Positions 1-8,712 of a stretch of DNA of 64,000 bases are shown here, one piece after another; position 1 is the stretch's first letter, and each line of letters begins with the position of its first letter. The DNA is from Thermotogota bacterium (GTDB taxonomy: Bacteria > Thermotogota > Thermotogae > Petrotogales > Petrotogaceae): contig JBNJGY010000003.1 of the NCBI GenBank assembly GCA_051748045.1, positions 1 through 64,000 on the forward strand, in the 5' to 3' direction. The notes beneath the pieces were generated by a model that was not told the origin of the DNA, did not search any database, and was given only the letters and a program-made list of their open reading frames with translations. The position numbers and the translations under genes are program-made.

Positions 1-25
1 AGGAAATAAAAGAAGATAAAATTAT

Positions 26-48
26 GGGGAGCCAATGGCTCCCTTTTT
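26..48 (+). terminator. Intrinsic terminator of the upstream (off-window) gene
   Basis: GGGGAGCCA-A-TGGCTCCCT hairpin followed by a T tract. Confidence 0.8.
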
Positions 49-71
49 ATTATTATATATAAGACTTTTTG

Positions 72-80
72 TGTTAAAAT
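72..80 (+). promoter_or_regulatory. Putative extended -10 promoter for hisS
   Basis: TGtTAAAAT, 35 nt upstream of the hisS start; GGAGG RBS downstream. Confidence 0.45.
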
Positions 81-115
81 ATATTTGATTAATAATATAA
101 AAGGAGGTCATAGAC

Positions 116-1378
116 TTGAAATATTCTAAGATAAAAGGAACACAGGATATTTTTGGCGATGACGTTAAATATTGGAATTATATAGAAGAAAAATTAAGAG
201 AAATATTAATAAAATTTGGTTATCATGAAATAAGAACCCCAATTTTTGAAAAAACTGAATTGTTCAATAGAAGTATAGGTGAAAATACAGATGTTGTTCA
301 AAAAGAAATGTATACTTTCAAAGATAAAGGGAAAAGGTCTATAACTTTAAGGCCAGAAGGAACAGCCCCTACAGTTAGAGCATACGTTGAAAACTCTATG
401 ATAAACTTCGGACAACCATTTAAATTATTTTATATTGGGCCCATGTTTAGATATGAAAAACCACAAAGTGGTAGATATAGACAATTTCATCAAGCTGGGG
501 CTGAGATATTTGGTACTGATTACCCTGTAGCGGATGCTGAGGTTATTTCTATGCTAAATAAATTCTTTTTAGAAATTGGATTAACTGATTATGAAATAAA
601 AATTAATTCTATTGGTTCTACTGAAAGTAGAAAAATATATAGAGAAGAGTTAAAAAAATATTATTCTGATAAAATTGATAATATGTGTGATGACTGTAAA
701 AAAAGATATGATACAAATATTATGAGATTATTAGATTGCAAAATAGATAGAGAATATGCAAAAAGCGCCCCTTCTATACTTGATTCGCTTACAGACGAAG
801 ATAAAGAACATTTTGAGTCAGTTAAAAATTTTTTGGATTCTTTTGGAGTAAATTATAAAATAGACTCTTCAATAGTAAGAGGATTAGATTACTATAATCT
901 TACTGCGTTTGAGGTAGAACACAAAGGATTAGGTGCACAATCTGTTATCGCTGGTGGTGGAAGATATGATGGTCTTGTAAAAGAAATAGGAGGGCCAAAT
1001 ACACCAGCAATAGGTTTTGGTATAGGCCTTGAAAGAGTTATTTTGGCCATGAAAGAAGAGGAAATTGATATCGAAAATCCAGAAAAAATAGATGTTTATA
1101 TCGCTTATATGGGTAATAAATCAGCAGAAGAAGCAATTAAGATATCTGAGTATTTAAGAAATAGAGGAGTAAAAACCTTTCTAAATGTTTCTAAAAGAAA
1201 TGTAGGTGGACAACTAAAGCATTCTAATAAATTAAATGCTAAATTTTCAGTTATCTTAGGTGAAGAAGAAATAGAAAAAAATATTGTAACTTTCAGAGAT
1301 ATGGAATCAGGTGAACAAACTCAAGTTGAAAAAAATTGGTTTATAGACTTGATTATGGAGAAACTAAATAATAAATAA
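116..1378 (+). CDS. hisS: Histidine--tRNA ligase
   Basis: LRPEGTA, FRYEKPQSGRYRQFHQ, RGLDYY and GGGRYDGL motifs; TTG start with GGAGG RBS. Confidence 0.98.
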   Translation: MKYSKIKGTQDIFGDDVKYWNYIEEKLREILIKFGYHEIRTPIFEKTELFNRSIGENTDVVQKEMYTFKDKGKRSITLRPEGTAPTVRAYVENSMINFGQPFKLFYIGPMFRYEKPQSGRYRQFHQAGAEIFGTDYPVADAEVISMLNKFFLEIGLTDYEIKINSIGSTESRKIYREELKKYYSDKIDNMCDDCKKRYDTNIMRLLDCKIDREYAKSAPSILDSLTDEDKEHFESVKNFLDSFGVNYKIDSSIVRGLDYYNLTAFEVEHKGLGAQSVIAGGGRYDGLVKEIGGPNTPAIGFGIGLERVILAMKEEEIDIENPEKIDVYIAYMGNKSAEEAIKISEYLRNRGVKTFLNVSKRNVGGQLKHSNKLNAKFSVILGEEEIEKNIVTFRDMESGEQTQVEKNWFIDLIMEKLNNK

Positions 1379-1398
1379 ATTATCTGGAGATGTTTCAA

Positions 1399-2217
1399 AT
1401 GATTTTAATTAAACCTTTTTTAGTATTTATAGCTTTGATATTATTTTATATTCCTAACTTACAATTTATAGGAATAGCTATGTTATTATACATTTACCAT
1501 ATATTAATTCGAAATAGAAACTCTCATGTTGAAAAAATGAAAGAAGTTTATAAAGCTAACGGCATAGAGTTTCCAATAAAAGATTCTGGTAAAAAGACTT
1601 TTATTTGGCTCTATTTATATATTTTATCTATGAGTGTTTTGTTTTATATGACAAATACTATTACTACTGAAGTTGTTTCTTTAGATATAAATCAGTTAGA
1701 AGAATTTCAATTAGCACCTTGGAAGAGTTTTCTAGTAATTGGAAGTTTTGTTTCAATGTGGATTACTTATACATTTATGATAAATAAAATTGTAAAAGAT
1801 CAATGGATAATACAAGAATCTGAAATAAACAATAAAATAGTTAGATATAGATTTATTAATTTAAGAGAAGGAAACTTTTCAATGCTTTTAAGAATTTTAA
1901 CTTTTAATTTGTATGAATGGTATTTAATTTATATGCTTTTGAGAGAGACAGCGATGCATTATATAGAAGATGGTACAGCGACAGGAATATATAAAAAACA
2001 TATAATAAAAAAGAAAAAAGAAGAAATACAAAAAGAAACACCATATGAAGGTTTAATAAATAAAATAAAAGATCTAGATAAAGAAGAAAAATATTCTATA
2101 GTTTTTTATGAAGTAACAAATATGAACGATCAGGAAGCAAATGAAATGTTGAATAAATTATTAAAAGATGAATATATAAACAAAGAAGAATATGAAAAAA
2201 TAAAGTCTTTTTTATAG
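1399..2217 (+). CDS. Membrane protein, DUF4234-like motifs with a C-terminal SHOCT-like helix pair
   Basis: 4-5 hydrophobic segments; ILTFNLYEWYLIY and LIRNRNSH motifs; C-terminus LNKLLKDEYINKEEYEKIK; ATG 1399 fits the GGAGA RBS better than 1390. Confidence 0.6.
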   Translation: MILIKPFLVFIALILFYIPNLQFIGIAMLLYIYHILIRNRNSHVEKMKEVYKANGIEFPIKDSGKKTFIWLYLYILSMSVLFYMTNTITTEVVSLDINQLEEFQLAPWKSFLVIGSFVSMWITYTFMINKIVKDQWIIQESEINNKIVRYRFINLREGNFSMLLRILTFNLYEWYLIYMLLRETAMHYIEDGTATGIYKKHIIKKKKEEIQKETPYEGLINKIKDLDKEEKYSIVFYEVTNMNDQEANEMLNKLLKDEYINKEEYEKIKSFL

Positions 2218-2230
2218 GAGGAAATTAAAA

Positions 2231-3481
2231 ATGATTCCTTTATCATCTCCAAATATCACTCAAAAAGAAATTGATTATGTCAATGATGTATTAAAATCAA
2301 GACATTTGGCATTGGGACCATATCTAGAAAAATTTGAAAACTCATTCAAAAAATTAATAAATTCAAAATATGCAATCGGTGTAAACAGCGGAACATCTGC
2401 TTTACACCTTCTTTTAAGAAGCTCTGGCTTTGAACAAGGAGATGAGCTGATAACTTCATCTTTTACGTTCATATCATCGTCTAATATAGCAGCTTTCGAA
2501 GGTGGAAAACCTTTGTTTGTAGATATAGACCCATATGATTATAATATGGATGTTGAAAAATTAGATCATTATATAAAAAACAATAATATAAAAAAAGTAA
2601 AAGCTTTTATAGGTGTAGATATATTTGGTCAACCTTTAGATTGGGATAAAATACAAAACTCTTTAAAAAATACTAATATAAAAATTATAGAAGATTCATG
2701 TGAAGCTCTTGGCGCAGAGTATAAAAATAAAAAAATAGGTAAAAAGGGAATTGGAGGAACTTTCGCTTTTTATCCAAACAAACAAATTACAACTGGTGAA
2801 GGTGGAATTATTACTACTGATGATCAAGAAGTTTATGAACTTTCTAAATCTATGTCTAATCAAGGTAGAAACTTAAACTCTCAATGGTTGGAACATCAAA
2901 GGTTAGGCTATAATTATAGATTGGATGAAATGTCAGCAGCTCTAGGCTTAGCTCAAATGGAGAGGTTAGAATGGATTTTGAAAGAAAGAAATAACAAAGC
3001 AAAATATTATAATGAGCTCTTCCAAAATGAAAAAAGAATCGTAGTTCCAAAAATAAATAAATATACAACTAAAATGAGTTGGTTTGTTTATGTAATTAGA
3101 ATTGATTTGAACTGGATTGATAAAATAATAAAAATTCCTGAATGGATTAAAAATTTGGAATTACCTTTAAACATCAAAAAAGAACATTATAATGAATGGG
3201 AAAAAAATATTGAAAAAATAAAAAAAGTATTAAATGAATTTATCAATAAATTAAATGAAAAAGGTATTCAATCTAAGAATTATTTTACACCTGTACATCT
3301 ACAACCTTTTTATAAGGAAAATTGGGGATATAGATTAGGGGATTTACCATACACAGAATTGATTTCTTCATTAACGATAGCATTACCTTTTTTTACTGGT
3401 ATAAAACAAAGTCACCAAGATATTGTATATAAGAAGATTTTGGAAACTATGGAGGAAATTGAATATGAGTCAAAAAAATAA
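2231..3481 (+). CDS. DegT/DnrJ/EryC1/StrS family PLP-dependent sugar aminotransferase
   Basis: VNSGTSALHL, IIEDSCEALG, FAFYPNKQITTGEGG (PLP lysine) and GYNYR motifs. Confidence 0.95.
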   Translation: MIPLSSPNITQKEIDYVNDVLKSRHLALGPYLEKFENSFKKLINSKYAIGVNSGTSALHLLLRSSGFEQGDELITSSFTFISSSNIAAFEGGKPLFVDIDPYDYNMDVEKLDHYIKNNNIKKVKAFIGVDIFGQPLDWDKIQNSLKNTNIKIIEDSCEALGAEYKNKKIGKKGIGGTFAFYPNKQITTGEGGIITTDDQEVYELSKSMSNQGRNLNSQWLEHQRLGYNYRLDEMSAALGLAQMERLEWILKERNNKAKYYNELFQNEKRIVVPKINKYTTKMSWFVYVIRIDLNWIDKIIKIPEWIKNLELPLNIKKEHYNEWEKNIEKIKKVLNEFINKLNEKGIQSKNYFTPVHLQPFYKENWGYRLGDLPYTELISSLTIALPFFTGIKQSHQDIVYKKILETMEEIEYESKK

Positions 3482-5330
3482 AAGAATAGCCTACCTTATA
3501 CTAATAGACTATTTTATTTTTATATCTTCCTATGGGTTAGCTTTATTGGTTAGATTCCAAACTGATTTTTTAGAAATGAGTAAATATTTATATCCTATAA
3601 TATTATTCCCAATAATAAATGTTGTTATTTTTAAAATCAATAATATATATAAATCAATTTGGAGGTTTGCAACTTTAAAAGAGCTATCTCCTATATTTTA
3701 TTCTTCTATTTTTGGCTTGATGACAAACATATTTATATTTGTTTTCATACAAAGATATATTTTTGACTTTGTGATATTACCTTTTAGTGTAGCAGTTATT
3801 GCAACTTTAATGGGAGCTTTTTTAGTTATTTTAAGTAGAGTTGTTTGGTTTTCTTCAATTAATACTACAGTTAACAAAAAATCGACTTTCAATTCAAAAA
3901 ATATTCTTATAATAGGTGCTGGTGATGCAGGAACTGAATTATTGGGAGAGTACCAAAGAAATCCAGAACAAGGTATAGTTAAAGGTTTTTTAGATGATGA
4001 CCCAAACAAAATTTCAAGAAATATTAGAAGTGTAAAAGTTCTTGATAAAATAGAAAATATTGATAAATATATTGATGAAATGCATATTGATGAAGTCATA
4101 ATAGCAATACCATCTGCTACTTCAGAAGAAATGAAATCGATAATTGATTATTTAAAAAAACATAAATTAAAAATAAAGACATTACCTCCTATAATGGAAA
4201 TTATAAATAATAAATTATCTTTAGGTGCTCTTAGAGAAATAAATATTTCTGATCTTCTAGGTAGAAAAGAAGTTCAAGTAAACTTAGATGAGATAAGAGA
4301 GTATATTTCAAATAAAAATATTTTAGTAACTGGAGCAGGCGGGAGTATAGGTTCTGAAATATGCAGACAGGTTGCTTCTGTTAAACCTAATAAAATCTTT
4401 TTGTTAGGTAGAGGGGAGAACAGCATTTTCAGGATAAATAAAGATTTAAAAATGAATTACCCTGATTTAAAAACTGTTAATATTATTTGTGATGTAACTA
4501 ACGAAAAGAGAATAACTCATATATTTAAAAATTTAAAAATTGATGTAGTTTTTCATGCTGCAGCTCACAAACATGTGTCTTTAATGGAAGAAAATCCTAC
4601 AGAAGCTTTTAGAGTTAATTCTTTAGGTACTTATTATGTGGCTAAAGCATCTGGTGAAAATAATGTTGAGAAATTTATTTATATTTCAACAGACAAAGCT
4701 ATAAATCCAACTTCAATTATGGGAACATCCAAAAGATTAGGGGAGATAATACTTCAAAGTATAGCAAATAATTACAAAACAAAATTTGGTATGGTTAGGT
4801 TTGGTAATGTTTTAGGTAGTAGGGGAAGTGTGGTTCCTATTTTTAAAGAACAGATTAAAAAAGGTGGACCTGTTACTGTAACTCATCCTGATATGAAAAG
4901 ATATTTTATGACAATACCAGAGGCAGTAGCTTTAGTCCTTCAATGTGGGAAATATTCAAGTGAAGGTGAAAAATTTGTTTTAGACATGGGAAAACCCGTA
5001 AAAATTGTAGATTTGGCCAAAGATTTAATCAGTTTATCTGGTTTGATACCAGGACAGGATATCAAAATTGAATATACTGGAATTAGAAAAGGTGAAAAAT
5101 TATACGAAGAACTAATTCATGAAAAAGAGGAAAAGATAGATACTCCTAATAAAAGAATAATAATTTTGAAAAATAATAAAATATTAGATGATAAATCTCT
5201 AAGGACTTTATTAGAATTACTTTATCAATCGATAGAATTTAATAATTTAGAATTAATTGAAGCCATAATAAAAAAACATATTCCTGAATCTAGAGTTCAA
5301 ATAATAAAAGATGAAAAGGAAGAGTTATAA
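3465..5330 (+). CDS. Membrane-bound UDP-GlcNAc 4,6-dehydratase (CapD/PglF/WbpM family)
   Basis: 4 N-terminal TM helices, IIGAGDAG, VTGAGGSIGSE, STDKAINP..MG.SK, RFGNVLGSRGSV; start reassigned to ATG 3465 behind GGAGG. Confidence 0.95.
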   Translation: MSQKNKRIAYLILIDYFIFISSYGLALLVRFQTDFLEMSKYLYPIILFPIINVVIFKINNIYKSIWRFATLKELSPIFYSSIFGLMTNIFIFVFIQRYIFDFVILPFSVAVIATLMGAFLVILSRVVWFSSINTTVNKKSTFNSKNILIIGAGDAGTELLGEYQRNPEQGIVKGFLDDDPNKISRNIRSVKVLDKIENIDKYIDEMHIDEVIIAIPSATSEEMKSIIDYLKKHKLKIKTLPPIMEIINNKLSLGALREINISDLLGRKEVQVNLDEIREYISNKNILVTGAGGSIGSEICRQVASVKPNKIFLLGRGENSIFRINKDLKMNYPDLKTVNIICDVTNEKRITHIFKNLKIDVVFHAAAHKHVSLMEENPTEAFRVNSLGTYYVAKASGENNVEKFIYISTDKAINPTSIMGTSKRLGEIILQSIANNYKTKFGMVRFGNVLGSRGSVVPIFKEQIKKGGPVTVTHPDMKRYFMTIPEAVALVLQCGKYSSEGEKFVLDMGKPVKIVDLAKDLISLSGLIPGQDIKIEYTGIRKGEKLYEELIHEKEEKIDTPNKRIIILKNNKILDDKSLRTLLELLYQSIEFNNLELIEAIIKKHIPESRVQIIKDEKEEL

Positions 5331-6235
5331 TGATTTATGTGATTGTATTAGCTTTATCATTGATATTAACTTCAGTAATGATTAAAATAGCAAAAAAACT
5401 TAACATAGTAGATAAACCTGATAATATTTTAAAAAAGCATGAAAAAATCACTCCATATCTAGGAGGAATTTCTATATTATTATCTTTTAGTTTTTTTATA
5501 GATGATAACTTATATTTGTTGATTTTTTCCTTTTTGATAGCAATTATAGGCCTAGTTGATGATATTAAAAATATTTCAGCAAAATATAGATTTATTGTAG
5601 AATTTATAATTACTTTTTTAATTGCATATTTAATAATCGATGAAATAAGTTTTCTAATAGCTTTATTTTTAGCTTTTGTAGGGGTTAGTATAATCAATTC
5701 ATTTAATATGATTGATGGAATGGATGGATTATCTTCCGGATTAGCTTTATTAAGCCTTGTTTTCTTTTATTATTTTTTAGGAAGTCAGTTTACTTTAATA
5801 ATATTTTTTGCTATTTTTGGATTTTATATTTTTAATTATCCACCAGCAAAAATTTTTTTAGGTGATTCAGGTTCTTATTTAATTGGCTTTCTATTATATT
5901 ATCAATTATTACTTATGATTAAAAATTTTGGAAATGGTGGTTTCTTTATCTCTTTAGTAATTCTAGGATTTTTTCTAACAGATTTAGTTTGGGCTTTTAT
6001 AAGAAGATTTATAAATAAAGGGAATATTTTTGATGGAGATAAAGATCATATCTATGATAAAGCTAGAAAATACTTTAAGAATGATAAAAAAGTTCTTTTG
6101 ATTATGTACTTAATAAATATTGTTTTTGGATTGTTTTCACTTATTACATGGAATTTTAAATATTTAGGTGTTATAATTTCATTGATAGTGTTTTTAATCA
6201 TAGGAAGATTTTTCAAACTTTATAGTAAAACTTGA
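5330..6235 (+). CDS. WecA/WbpL/MraY family polyprenyl-phosphate HexNAc-1-phosphate transferase
   Basis: Multi-TM; TPYLGG, GLVDD, NMIDGMDGL, PAKIFLGDSGS and DKDHI motifs. Confidence 0.92.
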   Translation: MIYVIVLALSLILTSVMIKIAKKLNIVDKPDNILKKHEKITPYLGGISILLSFSFFIDDNLYLLIFSFLIAIIGLVDDIKNISAKYRFIVEFIITFLIAYLIIDEISFLIALFLAFVGVSIINSFNMIDGMDGLSSGLALLSLVFFYYFLGSQFTLIIFFAIFGFYIFNYPPAKIFLGDSGSYLIGFLLYYQLLLMIKNFGNGGFFISLVILGFFLTDLVWAFIRRFINKGNIFDGDKDHIYDKARKYFKNDKKVLLIMYLINIVFGLFSLITWNFKYLGVIISLIVFLIIGRFFKLYSKT

Positions 6236-6251
6236 AAAGAGGTGTATTTAA

Positions 6252-7535
6252 TTGGCTTTTTTAAAAGGCCTAAATAGTTCATACCTTCAAGCTAAACCAG
6301 ATACGGTAGAGCAATTATTTTTTGATGAATATGATGATAGAGAAAATAGTATAGAAATTTTTGAGAATTATTCATATTCTATTTCGTTTAAATCTGGTAA
6401 TTATACTTGGTATGATAATGAATTTAGTGGAATTAAAAATAACAATATGGAAGATTTAAAAATAGAGATAGAATATCTACCTCTTGTTTTGACTTATATG
6501 AGAATAAATGAGTTTTTTGAGTCGAATAGAGAATCTATGGTTTCTTTTTTATCTACAGATTTGACAAGAGATACATCAGAACTTATAAACAAAGAAAATA
6601 TTGCTTATACTTTTGATCAGAGTGGAAGAAATGTAATCTTATTTTTAAATAAAACAAAAGAAGATCTGTATGAACATCACTTAATAATGAATTTTTTTGG
6701 TCATGATAATTATTTTGATCTAATGACTATAGCTGATGCAGATAGTATAAAAAAATTATATTCAGGTTTAATAGATGAAACTAATAAATTAAGAGTTAGT
6801 ATACTACCCTCAATAATCGAAAATATGACAAAATCTTCTCATAAGATAATAGAGAGAATAAATGTTGTTAAATCTCAAGATATAAAAGATATAAAAGATA
6901 AATATTTTAATATATATGACTTTGATTTGATAAATTTTATTCAAAGAGAAGTTCATAGACCATTAATTGATGATTTTAATGAATATGTTTTTTATATAAA
7001 AACTAATAATTATGATGAGGAAAAAGAATTTAAACCAAAAGTTGAATTAGACTTTCTAATAGAAGATATGGATCATTTGGAAAAAGAATTGAAACAAGTA
7101 CTAAGTGATTCTACTATTTTTAATAAAGAAGGCAGAGAAGAAGTTAATTATGAATTGTTTGATGAAATTGAAGAAGAATTCATGGAACATATGGATCAAT
7201 TAATTGCAGATGATAAAATAGAAGATGAAGAAGATTTTGTAATTGAAGGGAAGAGTATTTTAGAAAGTATGCAATTTTTATCAGAAAAAGATGATACTAA
7301 TCAAGATGATTTTGAAAGAAAAATCCTTTTAGATATGATTAATGCTTATGGTATTTTAACAATCAATGATAATCACAGAATAATTCAAAAAATATTTGAT
7401 AAACTAAATTTAGATCTAGAAATAGAAAAACTATATGAGGTATCAGAGGATAAAAAAATAAGTGATTATAAATCTTGGTACAACAGTTTATTTGAAATAA
7501 CAGGAAGAAATTTAAAAAAAGAAATCAATAATTAA
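6252..7535 (+). CDS. Hypothetical acidic cytoplasmic protein
   Basis: 427-aa ORF, TTG start with GAGGTG RBS, genome-typical codon use; no recognisable motif. Confidence 0.8.
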   Translation: MAFLKGLNSSYLQAKPDTVEQLFFDEYDDRENSIEIFENYSYSISFKSGNYTWYDNEFSGIKNNNMEDLKIEIEYLPLVLTYMRINEFFESNRESMVSFLSTDLTRDTSELINKENIAYTFDQSGRNVILFLNKTKEDLYEHHLIMNFFGHDNYFDLMTIADADSIKKLYSGLIDETNKLRVSILPSIIENMTKSSHKIIERINVVKSQDIKDIKDKYFNIYDFDLINFIQREVHRPLIDDFNEYVFYIKTNNYDEEKEFKPKVELDFLIEDMDHLEKELKQVLSDSTIFNKEGREEVNYELFDEIEEEFMEHMDQLIADDKIEDEEDFVIEGKSILESMQFLSEKDDTNQDDFERKILLDMINAYGILTINDNHRIIQKIFDKLNLDLEIEKLYEVSEDKKISDYKSWYNSLFEITGRNLKKEINN

Positions 7536-7563
7536 AGCCTTTTTTTAAAGGCTTTAATTTTTT
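7530..7563 (+). terminator. Intrinsic terminator (AT-rich, possibly bidirectional)
   Basis: AATTAAAGCCTTT-TTTT-AAAGGCTTTAATT followed by a T tract. Confidence 0.7.
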
Positions 7564-7572
7564 AGACGATTA
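7546..7572 (+). promoter_or_regulatory. Putative sigma28 (FliA) promoter
   Basis: TAAA-N15-GACGATTA versus consensus TAAA-N15-GCCGATAA, directly upstream of the hypothetical-fliS pair. Confidence 0.65.
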
Positions 7573-7601
7573 TATAATGAATCTCGCCAAGGAGGCTTAA
7601 T

Positions 7602-8213
7602 ATGAGTGAAAACACAATCAACCTAACAATTTCAGGGGTTATCAATGAAACTAAAGATGTACCTAAGGAAGAATATAACAATTTTGACACAATGGTAAAA
7701 AATTATATTGATGAAACACAAGGAGTTTTAACCAGCATAAAAATAAACGGTAAAGAAATCCCTTTAAATTATTATAATGAAATCAAAGGTGCATTTTTTG
7801 AAGGTGGGGAAACTGTAGAATTAGAATTTTCTTCAAAGAAAGAAGTTTTAAAAGATCTTATTAAACAAGGATTTGAATACATCGATAAACTTCAAACTAA
7901 TTTAGAGAATATTTCTAAAGAAGTTTTAATGAATACAGAGGAAGGACATAAAATGCTTAATAGCATTGCTGAAGGGTTTGAAGCTTTACTTAATATTTTA
8001 TCTCAAGTTACTGAATATACTGAAAATAAATTATACAATGAAGAAGATTTAGAAAAAATAAAAGAAGTAGTTACAACAATAGTCAAAGCTCAAGAAGATC
8101 AAGATTATTTAGAAGTATCTGATATCATAGACTTTGATCTACCAGAAGTGATAAAAATATTTGAACAAGGATTTAAAGAGGCAGATAGAATACTAAACGG
8201 AAAGGCTAATTAA
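7602..8213 (+). CDS. Hypothetical protein co-transcribed with fliS (beta-grasp-like N-terminus plus helical bundle)
   Basis: Strong AGGAGG RBS; 13 bp from fliS; C-terminal AQEDQDYLEVSDIIDFDL motif. Confidence 0.8.
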   Translation: MSENTINLTISGVINETKDVPKEEYNNFDTMVKNYIDETQGVLTSIKINGKEIPLNYYNEIKGAFFEGGETVELEFSSKKEVLKDLIKQGFEYIDKLQTNLENISKEVLMNTEEGHKMLNSIAEGFEALLNILSQVTEYTENKLYNEEDLEKIKEVVTTIVKAQEDQDYLEVSDIIDFDLPEVIKIFEQGFKEADRILNGKAN

Positions 8214-8226
8214 GAGGTGGTATAAT

Positions 8227-8661
8227 ATGTACAGAAATCCTAACTCATCAAAATACTTAGAAAGTTCAGTAAATACAGCTAGTCCAGCAAAATTAGTAGA
8301 AATGTTGTATCAAAATTCAATTGAAAGACTAGAAAAAACAAAAAAATTAATAAAAAATAAAGATTTATCAGAAGCAAATAAACAAATAATAAGGGTTCAA
8401 GATATAATAACTGAATTGAATGTTTCTTTAGATTTAAAGGCTGGTGGAGATATATCTAAAAATTTAAGATCTTTGTATAATTATATGAATAGAAGACTTG
8501 TAGAAGCTAATATAAAAAAAGATTTGGAGATATTAGAGGAAGTAAAAATTATGATAAAAGATTTGTTAGAAACTTGGAGAGAAGCTATGATTAAAGCAAA
8601 AGATACTGTAAAAGATTTAAATAAAAATTCACATCAATCAAAATTTGATGTTCAAACATAA
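8227..8661 (+). CDS. fliS: Flagellin export chaperone FliS
   Basis: YLESSVNTASPAKLVEMLY, GGDISKNLRSLYNYM and LLETWRE motifs. Confidence 0.95.
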   Translation: MYRNPNSSKYLESSVNTASPAKLVEMLYQNSIERLEKTKKLIKNKDLSEANKQIIRVQDIITELNVSLDLKAGGDISKNLRSLYNYMNRRLVEANIKKDLEILEEVKIMIKDLLETWREAMIKAKDTVKDLNKNSHQSKFDVQT

Positions 8662-8684
8662 GGGGCTTATTCAGTCCCTTTTTT
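8660..8684 (+). terminator. Intrinsic terminator after fliS
   Basis: AAGGGGCT-TATTC-AGTCCCTT followed by TTTT. Confidence 0.7.
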
Positions 8685-8712
8685 AATATTACTTATGGGG
8701 GAGTATATTCAT

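Noticed and set aside
1..19. Possible 3' end of an upstream CDS (...GNKRR*)
   Set aside because: Too short to fix the frame or identity.
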